Source: Takakia lepidozioides
Taxonomy: Eukaryota; Plantae; Bryophyta
Direction of reading: 5' to 3'
Length of the DNA: 64,000 nucleotides
Assembly (NCBI GenBank): GCA_030704615.1
Contig: CM060731.1
Span: forward strand, 16,802,001-16,866,000
Notes under the pieces: generated by a model
Told to the model about the DNA's origin: nothing
Database searches by the model: none
The model's input: only the letters and a program-made list of their open reading frames with translations
Made by a program: the position numbers and the translations under genes
Part shown: in pieces, positions 36,501 through 50,570 of the stretch
Position numbering within the stretch: the first letter of the stretch is position 1
Layout of the letters: each line of letters opens with the position of its first letter

Positions 36501-39500
36501 GCCGTCTGATTTGTCATATGTCTTTGCTATCACCTGCAGTCTGGCATTGTCCCACATCCTCTTCTGAGATGCTCTTGTATGATGCCGTACTGTATTCACA
36601 AATTTTTCCCATCTGAGGTTGCATTGTCATTTGACAGATTCGGGAGACACCACATAAGCGTCACCACAAATTTATTGAATTCTATGATGTGAGGGCAGCT
36701 GAGGCTGCGCTTCGGGCCTTGAATAGGAGTGACATAGCTGGCAAGCGCATCAAGTTGGAGCCCAGCCGCCCTGGCGGAGCTCGCCGCAGGTATGTCCCCC
36801 TTCTATGTATTCCCTCTGAAAGGCCATAACGGCGTCAAAACTGCTGGCATACCAGTCTAGAAGTTAGGGCACCAGTTCAGACTGTTCAGTTCAACTCCAG
36901 ATCGTCTGGGTCCAAATTTCAAAACCAGAAATATAGAGTTTTAAAGGAGCATTTTAAGGCCAAGGTGAGTACATGTGATGTTCTTCAAACTGGTTAACTG
37001 AGACCACAATGAGGTGAGGACTGGCATATTTACTGCAAACTGGTGGCACTGTTAGCCAGCTGTTTGATAATGGCTGGTAGAAAGTAGCCCCCACACTTGC
37101 ATTTGGGTAGTTCAGTTGGCTTGCTTCACCTATTATCGATTATCTCACCAGCATGATGGATGCGTGATGATTGTACGGACTGTGATGGGTGCCTAATTGC
37201 AGGTGCTTGCTGTTGCTAGCCTACAACATGGGTGAGCTTAGAGGATGCTCCCTGGACCCTGGATGAACTGAAACACCTCTTTGAAATCGCATCAGAGAGG
37301 TGTTTTTGCAGATAAAGGGACTTAGTGGTTCACAGCTATATGAGGTTTAACCCCTCAATGCTGGGCAACCTGAAACAGGTTGCCCCGGGCCCTGCCAGGG
37401 GGGTTTGGTGGTAAAAATGACCTCCAATCAACATGTGCTTTTTACAAGAGTTGAAGCATATCGCACAACAAATACTTTAATTGACTCTTCGGACATTTGA
37501 TCCATGGTCAAGCAGGAAGTGAAGAGATTCGTGACCAAAAAAATACAAAGAAAGAACTAGATTTTGAGGTTGTTTCCTGGCTATCAAATGTTGGTAGCCT
37601 GATTGATCCTCATCCCTTTTTCTTGAAAAATCTTTTCCATCATTCTTGTACTGTTGCATGTACGCAATTGCAAGTGATCGAGTTGAAAAGGTAGAGCTGT
37701 TGCAATACTTGTTCACTCCTGTCAAATCCGCCGGAATATGCTCTACAAAGTGGCAATCTCGTTTGTAAGATTACTTTCTTTCCAATAACTGGAAAGTTGT
37801 TTGTGGAGTTAGATCTCTATTTTTATCGACATGTAATGGTTAACTTGGAATAACTGGAAATGTCGTGAATCATTATGAGTCTTCTCAAGAGTATAGTACT
37901 GAATCGCCAACCACTGTTGTGCCTCAAGGATTGATGATCTTTGCTTTTTGCTCGGTATACTGTATGCAAAACATTTTGCATGTCTACTAGACCAACTAGT
38001 GGGCTCTCCCAATAATGGAACTTCTGAGTCCCGTCTTGTGTACAAGTCACTTATCTGCCGTTTTTGTGGTCATAAGCAGTTTGTTACAGCAGCTGAGTCA
38101 GGAGCTGGAGCAAGAGGAGAATCGTCCCCTCCGACAGCAATCCCTCTCCCCATTGAACAACTCTCCTCCAGGTTGCAAACATCTGCCATCCCTCACTGTG
38201 GTCTTGTGTTGTATAAGAAGAGACCTCCCCGTTTACTGGGCTAGGGAAAGAATGCCACAGTGAAAAGCAGGGGAGAGAGGGTATCAGCCTGAAATCCTCA
38301 GGGAGTCAGGAGTGAAACTATGATACTTGTCATATGCAGGGCATTCTGTGTTACCCAGCTCCTTATACTATTAGGTAGCCTTCAGCATCTCAATGGTGTT
38401 ATGTTTATTTTATTCTACTCGTAGGGCTGTAAACTGATGGTGGTTTCATGATGCACATTCGGGACTCTTTTTTTTAGATTTTCATGGTTTGGTAACTAGA
38501 GAAGTGTCTTGTAATGTGGGTACATCTCCAGGCCATCCTTCTCCATGGGGTGCTGTTACCAACTCTGCAGGAGAAAATGGGACAGTTCGTGGCCTCCATC
38601 CTTCACTTTCCCTTGGAAGCTACCCATCTCTAGTCAACAAGCCACTGAATGGAGTAGTTGCAAGCTTGCCTCCTCATATCTCTTCCCCCATAAGAGTTGG
38701 GACTATTGGCAGCCATGTGGCACAGTCCACCCAGATGGAAGGAGGGCACTCACTGGGGCAGATAGGCCTGGGTGTGCATCGGTTACCCCATCATCACCCG
38801 CACTCTCTTCCAGAATATAGCAAGGGTCTTATAAATCCAGGGCACTTCAACCTTTCTCCTGGGTCGGGTACAGTGGGTTCCAGTTCAGCAGCTCTGAGGT
38901 CCCGTGAATCTTTGGAAGGAGGTAGCCGCCTGCAGCAGACAAACAGTGGGGGACCAAATGATGTTTTGTCATTTGAACATGCCAGTGGAGGTGAGTTCTT
39001 TCTTTTGCTCTAACTCGAGGTATGCTTACAATTGCAAATGTCTTGCAGACCTAGTAACTCAGCAGTTGGCATTTCTAGAATTAATGGGGAGTCGAAATTT
39101 CCGTATTAAAGATATATTTAGAAATAAAATTTGGGGCGAAAGCAAGAACTGTGCATAGGGTCCACTGGAAAGTGCATGGATCTTATCATCGACCTTCAGG
39201 TGATGGGAAGGTATTGAGTGTGCCAGGGTTCTGTAGGTCTGTGGTTGTTCCCTGTGTCTTGCCATTGCAGAGCGATATCAGCAGTTGGCTTAATCTGAAT
39301 CTTAAATTTGTGAATGGCAAGGCACGAATTAGTTCCAATCTTGTCCTGTCACGGGCTGCCGTACCTCACGGTGCTCCTAAGTAAAAGGTGGTTGTGCCTA
39401 TCATTACCATGCAGCTCAAAGAAGCCCTAGTCAATTGAGTGTTGACAGTTCTGTACGTTGTACCTTCTATCACTAATCAGTGCTTTCCTGTCTGGTGTTA

Positions 39501-42500
39501 AAAACTGGACCAGTACTTGGCGTCTCAGGTGCTGGTGCCGTCCTCTTCCCCAGTTCAAGCTCAAATGGAAATGGCTCTTTGTCTGGGCATCAGTTTCTTT
39601 GGGGAAACCCAAGTTCGTACCACCACCACACACAAAGTTCTCCTCCAGTCTTATGGCCAAATTCTTCGGTTGGTGGCTCCTTCCATAGCGGGCAAGTTCA
39701 ATTGCAGCCCCATGCCTACTCTTCATCTCATAGCCACCTTGTGAACGCTGTTTTGTCTTCGCACCGCCATCATGTGGGGTCAGCTCCACCAGGAGAGCCT
39801 TCAGTGATAGACAGGCGGCATAGCTATCTTGGTGAGTCGCCTGAGACCTCATCTCTTACACGGTCTGGGTCACTTGGTGCCATGAGTATGGGCGGAAAGA
39901 ATGGAGCACATGCCATCAATGTTGGGGGAAGCCATGGTCTGATCAGCCTCGGTGCAGCTATGGGAAGTAATGGAAGCCTGGATCACAGTGCTTCATCTTC
40001 GAGTTTAGGTGTTATGTCACCGCAACATCGAGCACGTATGTTTGCCAATGGGGGCCTTCTGGGGTCAGTCTCAGCTTCGTTGGACGGCCTGAATGATAGG
40101 GGACGGAGTCGCAGGGGTGACAGCAATTCTGCTCAAACTGATAACAAAAAGCAATATCAGTTGGATCTGGACCGTATATTGCGTGGAGAGGACCCCAGGA
40201 CTACTCTCATGATAAAAAACATCCCTAATAAGTAAGTTGTTGTCAATGGATGTCTTGGTAATGACTGCAAGTTACATTTTTAACTTGCTTTTCTCTCTCT
40301 CTCTCTCTCTCCACCAAAGTAAACTGGGTGCGGGGTCAATGGCCACAAGCTACGGCAAACATCTTATGAGTACATTCTCTCCACCAAGGTCCGGGCCCTT
40401 TTGGGTTTAGTTATTGGGCAAATCACACACAGGAGATTGGTGTTTGTGTGAAGGGACTTCTAGGTGATATCTGGAAAACTCAGATCAATTGCATGTTTCA
40501 AGGTTTACAGCCCCTGAAAAAGGCAGTTTCTGTCCTTGTGTGTTCCGCTCAAACTGGGGGCAGAGTCAATGGCCACAAGGCTATGGCAAACAACGACTTA
40601 TGAGTACATTCTCTCTGTTCACCAACTTTCAAAATCTTGAGGCTGAGCCTAAAGCCCTGGCCCAGTTGAGGTCTCATTGGTGGGCAGATCACACACAGCA
40701 GATTGATGCTTTTGTGAAGGGCTTTCTAGAAAAAATCTGGACAGTCAAAACCAATTGTTTAAACCAAGGTAAGTCCACTACTGGAGTGAGTACCTCACAA
40801 AGGTAGTGTCGGCTCCCTGTTGTTCCGCCCACACTGGGCGCAGGGTCTATGGCCACAAGGCTACGGCAAATGTCTCATGAGTACATTCTCTCCCTCTAGC
40901 TACAGCTAAGGCTGCGGTACTGTACCTTATGAGGTTGAGGGTGCTATGTATCTGGGGTTGCTCATTTGAATTCCATTTCCAGAGGACATAAGTTCAGGTT
41001 CACTCATGTTTTCCATGCATTCCATTTTCCTAGGGCTTACTTCAGCCTTCAATCTACATGTCCATATATCTTGCCATTCTCTTCAGCTGGGCTGTAATGG
41101 CATGGCTCTGACCATGTATTTCGTAAGAGGCCCATCCTTGACCTTCATGGTAGATTGTACTTTGTGCTTGGAGTTTGGTGGGCAGAAAGCTGCATGTCTG
41201 CTCTGATGGGTGGAATATTACCACTTTGAGCGATTCTCTATTTTGATTCTAGCGTTCAATGAGCTCTACACTGGATGGTTCCTGAAGTTGATAGTCAAGT
41301 GAATGATTTCTCCCAGGTATACCTCGAAGATGTTGCTGGCAGCCATTGATGAGCATCACCGTGGAACTTATGACTTCATCTATCTCCCTATTGACTTCAA
41401 GGTAGTTTTCATCTCTGTAGGTGGTTTGATGCACACCCTAAAACACTAGCTGGGAATGGTTATGTTGAATTGTACTTGATGTGAAGCTGAGAACAGACAT
41501 GGTTCTGTAATGTGGAAATCAATTTATAGTCAAGCTTGATCTGGGTGATGGAAGTGTGGTAGTCAGTCTTGACTCTGCCTCTTCAGTGCCAGGGCATTAC
41601 ATTTGGAACTCTAACAGAAATTCAATATGAGTATAGACTTGTGTTTACCAAGCATGCTGTTATTTTATATTCTACCTCCACTGTGTCCGGATGTGATGAA
41701 GTTAGACTCGTCCATTCTTTAATGGTAAAGAACAACACATTTGCTTCACCTGATCTGTATGAGCTTTTGTTCATACTGTCACACTGCACTTTGGGCTATG
41801 GTTCATGTTTGCCCTATTGGACCTTTTTAGCTTATCGATTTTTTGGAACACTGCACTATTCCTGTTGGGAAGTCCTAAGTGAGCATTTATTTGCTTGTGT
41901 GACTCCAGAACAAGTGTAATGTGGGGTATGCCTTCATCAACATGATAGCTCCTTCGCGCATTGTTCCTTTCTATCAGGTATGTTCGCTGTTGTTTCAGTT
42001 GTTATGTTGGAGCCAAGCAAAGGGTTCACCCATAAATTTAGAATCTATTAGGCCTACAGCTGTGGACTTTAGCATGCGCTTCTGAAACTGAAAATATGAG
42101 CACCGAAAGTGTCTTTGGTGCTTTTTAAGAGGCCCTTCCATTTGGAATAGTACATGTTCCAGGGATTAGATACTGCTGTATTCGTACTCTTGTCCTCACA
42201 GATGTGACCTATGGATGCCCAAGCCCCTCCCACCCTGGTAGATTGGAGCAGTTACATGTGGGAATGGTTGGAGCAGAGACTTGGTTTTTTGTGTCAAGAG
42301 CAGCTTTCTCTCTAGATAGGACCATCTTGTCTGCTCCTGTGGGCTGAAAGTTATGTCAGAAGATGACACAACCAGCACTACCTAAAGCTGAAAGATCAGC
42401 AAGTTCTCAGTGTAGATGAGACACTAAATTATGATGTATGTGGGAAGCCCGAGGGGTTCAAGGGGACACAGTAGAACAACACATAACACCACAAAATCAA

Positions 42501-45500
42501 CTCCCAAACATTGGACAAAGACGGAGTCCATTACACAGGTTGCTCACGAAGCATTTCACATTCTCATAACCACAGGCCTCCCCCAGGGGCGAGGAATCTC
42601 AAGGAAGACACTAGTATCTGCCCAGATTCCGTTGTAGACACGGCACGAGAGGAAATGATGCCCTATTTCCAGATCACTTGTTGTCCAAGGTGGGCAGATC
42701 TTCTCCTCATGAGGTGTCATCATCCTCTCAGTGCAGAAGAGTGGGTGGAACAATGCTGAAGTTCCCAATCCTGGCAAGGGAGGTAGAGAACTTAGCACGG
42801 AGGTCAGAAGGCATGATCATCTCATTGGAAATGTGTCTTCATAGAATTGGTTCTTCAATATGAGTTGGGCTGTTGGTCCGAGTGTCTGTTGTACACAACG
42901 TTCTGAGATCTTCTGTGATTCTTACGGTCTCAACAAGCAAGGTGTCTTGTAGAATTGGTTCTTTGGTGTGAACTTGTCCCCAATGGACCAAGTCTGTTGA
43001 ACACAACACTTAGTTTGTTAGATCTTCTGTCATGCGATTGTTCCTGTGTTGAGGATGACATTTAGAGGGAAAGAAATGAAATGCTTAGCACTCTGGGTAT
43101 CATCATGAGGGATGAAATTGGTAATCTCTGCAAATGAGAGGCCCTCCTTGAAAGCATGAAACATTGCACGTCTGTTACTTCAGTGGATTAAGGAGCTAGC
43201 ATATGAGAATGTCAAGATGGGAGGGACCCACTTGTCGTCGAACTTATTTGACAAAATGATCCACAGCTCTGTGTACAGATAGTGTCAATTTCCACATTTC
43301 CCATGTTCTACTGTAAGGTGGAAGCCTAAGCGAAGTTCCATCGTGCTACAAGGGGTTAAGCCTTCTTAATGACTAAAGACCTTCAGCTCGTACCTTTGGT
43401 TAAGAATGGTAAGAATGTGATCATCACATTCCTGCTCATTCCTAAATCCACCTTGACCTCTATGCGTGCTGTTTGTGATCCTTCACAATCCTAGTACCCT
43501 GAATAACAAAGTATCTGCAGGACTCAACAAGGTGTTTCCAGGGTAAGCACCAGTCTCTCCCCAATTCACCAATAAACGTAGTAGCAATGATGGTGCTCTG
43601 ATGGAGTGGGATCACGTACACTCTTCCTGAACAAAGAACCATAGGAGCATCTCTGTTTTTACGCATTGTATGCCCCTGCACGGCGTTAATACTGTTGTGA
43701 TCCAAGGGCTGCATGGTGGAACCTGTTGGCTAGAAGCCAGAGTGTACAGTACCAGTACTACTCTATACAACTAAGATTCTCAGGCCATGCTTTTTGGGAA
43801 GAGGAATCCCAGAATCCCAGTTTTGTTGTATCTGAATTATGTTTTGTGTTGAGCACTCCCTAACTGGCTTGAGGTGAGTGGGGAGTAACCTCAAGTCTCA
43901 TATCTGAAGGCTTTGTCTTAGTAGCAGCAGTCTCTGAAAAGGCAGAGAGATGCACGTACTGACCATTCTCTGGAAACATTACAGAGACTCTGCTGTGGAT
44001 TGAATTAGACCTCGCACACAGCTGACTACCAGGAAGTCTTGGGCTGACTTTAAAGTATGAAAGAAAGCTTGAGGTTCATTCTAGCACCGGTCTTCTAGCC
44101 CTATAGCTTGCAGATGTAACTTGGGGTTGCATTGCCAATCACACTCTGGGGAAGGGGAGAGCTAGTGAGACAGGAATGTTGCTTGCCCTTTGTGTTTATT
44201 TTCAGTTTTACTGAGGTATTAGTGAAAAACAAAAAAATATATGGAGTTTATCTGGGGTCATCCCCTCTGCTCCTAATGAAGTAAGCAGAGGGAGTATGTC
44301 AGCCCAACAGGTAGAACATAACTCCTGGTTTTTTGAGGTGATCCAGCTGCAAGAACCTGAGCAAAGCAACAGATGGGCATGCATGGTTAGGGGCTTTGGT
44401 CTCTCGCCACTTTGGTGGGATGATGGGCTGAGGTTGTTGATGGTATTGTCTCGGCACTTGTGCTGATACCCTGTCTGGGATTTGAGGTTCCATGACAGAT
44501 GCTTTAGAGATAAAGAGAGGCTGACAAATACAAATATGACAGAAAACGCCCAAGACAATTACTCATGTAATGTTGTACTAAATACCTGAGAATGTACTCC
44601 TAAGATGTTTGCCGTAACACACGCGAGTGAGAGGGAGAAAGAATGTACTCATGAGACATTTGCAGTAGCCGTATGGCCATAGACCCTGCACTCAGTTTGG
44701 ACAGAACAAGAGGGAACACACTACCTTTGTGAGGGGTATCTCCAGTAGTGGGACTTGCCTTGATGTCAACAATTGGTTCGGGCTTCCCAGATTTTCTCTA
44801 GAAAGGACTTAACACACACATCCATCTGCTTCTGGCTGGTAATCAGACCCCAACAGGGCCAGGGCTGTAGGCTCAGTCTCAAGATTCTGAAAATTGGTGA
44901 ACAGAGGGTGGACTAAGTTCTTGATGGTCCCGGAGTGGGTTGCTCTCTGATGAGAATGTTGTCTTCAGGCCGCCCGCACATTGGGCATTGAAACTCTCGC
45001 TTTCCTCTCTGCATCTGTTTTTTGCTCAAAGGTAGACTACCCGCCCTGGGTGCAAATATCAGTCTGATGTCGAGGGTAGCTAGGCCGTTTCAGATCATCC
45101 TTAAGGTCCTCACCCATTCACGAACTAAAAACGAGTTCAGGCAAGTTTTGTGCCTAACTTCGTATTGTTCAGACATTCTTCATGCTCCGACATGGCCTTA
45201 GACACCTCAGTCTCCAAGTCAGCTTCGTCTAGCAAGGTCAGTCCTGCCTAATATTCAGGTACTTGAAATCCTCCACCTTTTTCCGCCAGGTCTTGACCTG
45301 TTTAACAGGAGGGTCTTGCTTCCAAGAAATAGAGTCAATTATCTGGGGGTATCTGTTATTTGGCAAGTGATTCAAGTGACCCCACCATCTGACCTTGAAC
45401 TCTTCACGTGAAGAGCTCGAGGGTGGTATGCCAAACTTGCTCCAAACAGCCACTTTAACTGTACAAGCGCATGCCGACGTGCTCTCTCTGAGCACCGAAA

Positions 45501-46146
45501 GCTGAATGAACTCTAAATTTTTAGCATGGTTGGAGTTGCCCTCCCACACAGCAGATGCATACAAGAGTTTGTTTGTCATGGCCTTGTGGCCATAGACCAG
45601 GCGCCTAGATTGGATGGAAAAGAGGGAATATGCTGTGTGGGAGGCCTAATAATGTTGCATTTAGCTGATTGAATCACTTTTTGTATATGTGCATCCCAGT
45701 TACAGCTGGAGCAAAATTCACCACCTAGTTATGTGTAGGAAGGGAGCAGTAGAAAGAGTGTACTCAAAAGACTTTGCGTTGTATCCTTGTGAGGAGTAGT
45801 GGAAAGAATGTACTCGTAAGACATTTTCCGTAGCCATGTGGCCATCAACCCCGCTTCCAGTTTGAGCAGAACACAAAGGGACAGAAACTACCTTTGTCAG
45901 GGGCTGACGCTGGTAGTATGACTGACCTTGGAACAGACAATTTATCCAAGTTTTCCAGATATCCTCTAGAAATCCGTTTATACAAGCATCAATCTGCTGT
46001 GTGTGATTTGCCCAATAACTAGGCCCCGAAAGGGCCTGGGCTTTTGGCTCAGCCTTGAAATTTCCAAAGGTACAGGAACAAGTCCCTTGATGGATTTGAA
46101 GAGGGCGTCTCTCTGGTGACCAGGACAATGAATCAGAAAGAGTAGT

Positions 46147-46183
<37 letters not shown>

Positions 46184-47701
46184 ATTGTCTTTGAGGTGTA
46201 CCACAACAACTGATTGTATAGTTGCTGTTGTTGTGCAAGATGCTAATATGCAACAGGCGGGAGGTTTTGGTGAAGTGGGCTGTGGGCAGGGATTGACAAG
46301 GTTTGGTTTCTTCTTGGCAGGCATTCAATGGCAAGAAGTGGGAGAAGTTCAACAGTGAGAAAGTGGCATCTCTGGCATATGCACGCATCCAGGGGAAGGC
46401 TGCCCTTGTGGCCCATTTCCAGAACTCCAGTTTGATGAATGAGGATAAACGATGCCGTCCCATCCTTTTCCATTCGGAGGGGCCACATGTGGGAGACCAG
46501 GTATCGCCTATCGCAGGAAATAGAACTAGCTCAAGTTCTGATGCGCCAGCTCTGAAAGAAGCAAGTGCCATCCTTACTTCTTAGTCTGTTGCTTTTGTGC
46601 TATAGCCTTGAGCTAGACCTGATAGTTTTATCCCATAGAAGTCACGTTATGTACATCTGAGTCGTCGCACTTTGTTAATGGTGTCTGTGGTCATTATGCA
46701 CACCTATCTTCCAGACATTGTTAGGTGAATCACCTTCACCCGATTTTTAGCAGTTAGCTAGATCACTGAATACCTCTATTCCAGGTGAATTGTAGGTGGA
46801 ATAAATATGCAGCATTGTTGGTGAAATATTGAGCTCAGTTCAATCTACAGTGCTGGGAACTCTTTGCTATGAGCATTGTCATGCTTAAAGGGTTCACAAC
46901 CTGGAGTACCAGTTGGACCTAACTATCTATAGTTAATTTCAGTTGGGTAGCTCAATTTAGAGCAATAAACATGTTTCAGGCACAGAGTTGCTTGTTTGTG
47001 TCCGTGCAGGGTTCTTAGGTAACTTTCAACTTCCACTCAACTCGCTCTCAACCCGGCTTTGCTTCCATAAGAAGCACACACGCGTGTAGACACCAGGGCA
47101 GCAACTTTTTTAGGGTGATAGATGCTACATGACTCTTGTCTGTGTGTCTCCACAGCAAAAGCTTTTGGGTAGAATCCAGGCCTTCGCTTCAGCTCACCAG
47201 CTTTAGGCTCCTGTAGGATTGACACTGAGTGTGTACACAAGCAAAGATTCTGCTCATGTTCCCCTCTCTGCTCCCTTCAATACCTGCTCAGGGTGATTCC
47301 TGCCTGCAGTGTGAATGTCCCAGGATTGATCTCCTGCCACTCTGCTCCACACTTGCAATCAAATGGAGATGTAGAAGTTGGTTGTGTTTGGTGCTCTGAG
47401 AACCAAATGGAAAAGAGTCTTCTGACTCATCAAGGGGCAGGTGTTAGTCATGGCCTGCAGGCAAAAGAGACAAATAGAGACAAAAAGATATAGACCCCAA
47501 ACCAATCAGAATGATTACTTGCTTTTGTAGGAGCCATTCCCAGTGGGTGTCAATGTGCGCACTCGTCCTAGCAGGGAACGCAGCAGCAATGGAGGAAGCC
47601 ATCAGGGGAGCCCCTCAACAAGCAACAGCAGCAGAGATGAATCCGTGCATGGTGCTGGAGCAGCGACCCGCAACTTGTCTCCGGAGAGGGAGAGAGAGTG
47701 A
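33504..47701 (+). CDS. AML: Mei2-like RNA-binding protein (AML clade; RRM1, RRM2, RRM3). Exons 33504-33852, 34169-34641, 35673-35831, 36088-36204, 36638-36789, 38080-38171, 38532-38990, 39514-40231, 41317-41401, 41909-41977, 46321-46500, 47531-47701
   Basis: [129 protein letters not shown]. All introns are GT-AG with consistent phase. Confidence 0.97.
40310..40895 (+). mobile_element. Three tandem 5'-truncated LINE (RTE-like) 3' ends in a Mei2 intron
   Basis: Repeated actggg.gc.ggg.c.atggccacaaggctacggcaaa...atgagtacattctctc units with the WA.HTQ.ID..VKG.L..IW coding remnant. Confidence 0.75.
44580..46140 (-). mobile_element. Antisense copies of the same LINE 3' end plus an RT C-terminal fragment
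   Basis: gaatgtactc...gccgtagcc..tggcca copies near 44590, 44640, 45590 and 45810; ORF 45238-45579 LLYASAVW...KVRWWGHL..LP.NRYP. Confidence 0.75.
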
Positions 47702-49539
47702 TGCGGCCTGCTCTCACATCTGGTTGTCTAAGTTGACTTGCTGGGGGGGCCTGATGTGGCCATTCCAGATAGGGAAGGGAAGAAAGAGGAAGTAGAGAGA
47801 CGTTTGAGAGGTGCTTGGCCCAAAAGGCTGACAATTGTTGTAGTAGGCAGCAATAAGGTTGGCCACTGCAGACTTGTTTTGGGTTTTTTGAGTGAGGAAC
47901 TGAGCTGACAGGTGTATGTTGTAGGCACAACTTTGACCACCTGCGCAGGAGAGCTGTTTTGGGCTGCAGCGGTGCAATTAGCTGCTGCAAAAAGTTTGGG
48001 TTGGTCCGAATTTCTATGTAGGAACACAGAATATGGCAAGCATCAGGGATTGAAAGCAGATATATGCAGAAGGGGGGTGCTGGGCGGCCGCTGTGCAGAG
48101 GGAACTGTTTTAAAAGATTGGGGTGCTCATGGATGTGTTGGCAGATAAACACATCCACGTGTTTTATTCAAGGCTCGAGTTTTTCAGGCTCCCATCCAAG
48201 AGGAGTTGCATGACACAGTTTTGGCCCAAGGCCATTTCAGCTCCTGCTGGCTGGAGCCTGATAGAAGTGCCGCAAATTGTACAGGGTGAAGTTTAAGAGA
48301 CAGTGTTGGGAGTCAATTGAGTGTGAAATACATGCGAGCGCGCAGGTGTGGAATTAGATTTTGCAGGTATGAAGCCATGCTTTGATGGTGGGGTGGTAGC
48401 TCTAAAGGCTCGAGTGGGTGTGTGTTTTGGCAAGGTGATGATGATAATGACGATATAAGTGGGCATTTAGAGGACCTTTGAAGGCTATTGTCTAAATTAT
48501 AACATCTTGGATTCATTCTTACATCTGGGCTTTCTTTTGTGAATTCTTGATATGAGACCTACAGGAGCGGGGCTGAATGATTGCCACAGAGTGAGGCACA
48601 CTTTAGAGGTAGGGAGTGTGCCCAGAAAGTCCAATTGGACAAACTTTTCAATTGTAAAATGTGTATTTTGAAGGTGTGTAATCAATTATCCTGTATTTTT
48701 GGCTGGAGTACAGAGTTCATATTGCTCTGTTCAGCTGGTTCTCCAGCCCATTTTTCCATGGTTTTTGTCAAATATGAGTTTTGGTTTCTGTTGAAGTACA
48801 TTGACAGGTTCTGCTGCTCAAAACGTAGTATCTGAATTGAGGTCTTATTCTATCCCTTACCGGTTGGAATACAACATTTAGAAATCCTTGAACTTGATTG
48901 CCTGAAGGTTTCAGATGGGTGTTTGGCGGTTTTCCTTGCCCATTGAAGGCTCGATGTCAGACTGGAAGGCTATCTAGTACTGACCGAATGTGGTTGGTTT
49001 GGAAATAGTTCTGCCGGAGTGTGATGGCACTGTTAACATTCAATTTTTTTGGTAATTGGAATGTTGCTTGACTACATAACATGATAAGAGTGGAACAGTG
49101 CTTGGCATCAGACACAAACGGCTGCAACAGCAACATCGTGCTGCACAAGCACATGAAACATTCTGTCAACTGCTCCAGGACAAACTCAAGCAAGCAAGCA
49201 AGCTATCTTCAACTCAATATTCAACCCTCTGCTTAACTGCATATGTGGTAGAAATGGCCTTGTCCTCACTACCCCACCTACTATCAACACTGAAATCTGG
49301 GTGCAAGCCTCTGCAATCTGCACAACCAATTGTTTCAATTCTGCTCACCACACCCCAAACTGCACATGCTTAGCTCGCCACTACCCTGGAGCAGCAGGGC
49401 TACATATGAGATCACATCATTAGTACCCTCTTTCATCTTCCATCTTCTCTTACATAGGCTATTATTCAGTATGTTTGTGAGTTATCACGCTGCAGAAGAG
49501 TATCAATGTTGAAACCAAGCGTGGCTTGGTGAATGAACT

Positions 49540-50060
49540 CGTCTCTTTTGGGTTCACAATACATCATGTACAGATATATGTAGTAGAGATGTTTGCAGGG
49601 GATCCACTTCCATCTCTTCCTGACTGCCCTTGCGCATGCTTACAAAATCTGGACAGGTGCAATCCTTAAAATTGCCCACCTGATAGGCCCCATTATGAAG
49701 AGCAAAGCCAAAAGTGACCAATGTGTACACCCGACCATAGCTAAGGGGGGAAACTTCCATGATACCTGTCACCTGAGCCTAAAGAATTCTTGCTGACTCC
49801 ACCCTGCAATTGTGATCTGGACCTAAAGGCATTTTCCCATTCTTTCTCGTGGGGTGCAAATTGGCCCCAGCGGAAAGTTCTCTAGCAACATAAGGGAAAA
49901 TGGTATATGGGCTAGGTCTAGGCAGTACTGGAAAAACCGTGCAAGACAAAAGTCAGTGTTCTCCAATTTGTCGATCTCCTGTGATGAGAGGCAGGTTCCC
50001 GCCTTCACTGGCCAAATGTTAGGTTGGGGCGGCTTTATTACAAAAGAGTCGCCATCTCCA
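49540..50060 (-). pseudogene. SWIM-type zinc-finger ORF remnant of mobile-element origin
   Basis: GPDHNCRVESARI...YGRVYTLVTFG...AYQV..GNFKDCTCPDFV; paralog of 60900-61295. Confidence 0.7.
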
Positions 50061-50417
50061 CCGTGAGGAATGCTAATTCGTGAGCCTGCTCATGAGCTTA
50101 CGTCAGCCTTTGAGCTTGGCTAGGCTCACGTGAGCTTGGGAAGGGGCCCCATAACCACGGATATTTCACCTATTTCCGTGCATTTGCCTCTTGCCAATAC
50201 TTATCCCATGATTGAATGACAACATCGGTCACAGCAGCTTGTCGAGCGAAAAAAAATGTAATCACAACGACCAATTTCGCTGATGAATCCCGAGTTTATG
50301 CTCATGTGAGTTCAATTTTGGACAAGAGCTTGAAAGGGAGAAACCAAATATATATATATATGGACTTAGCCACTTTCGGACCCAACCTAGAAAAATGGCG
50401 ACAAATTTCCAGTTCCG

Positions 50418-50449
<32 letters not shown>

Positions 50450-50570
50450 TGAAACCCAAGTTTGTGCTCATGTGATTTCAACTTTGGACACTCTTAGCTA
50501 CGATGAGTTTACACTGTCCAACAACGAAATATTTATTTTGGATGTCATATTACTTTGCCTTCATTGCCTC

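Noticed and set aside
44930-45000. Hammerhead ribozyme (CTGATGA...GAAAC)
   Set aside because: Stems I and II do not pair well, the cleavage triplet would end in G, and the region is antisense LINE coding sequence.
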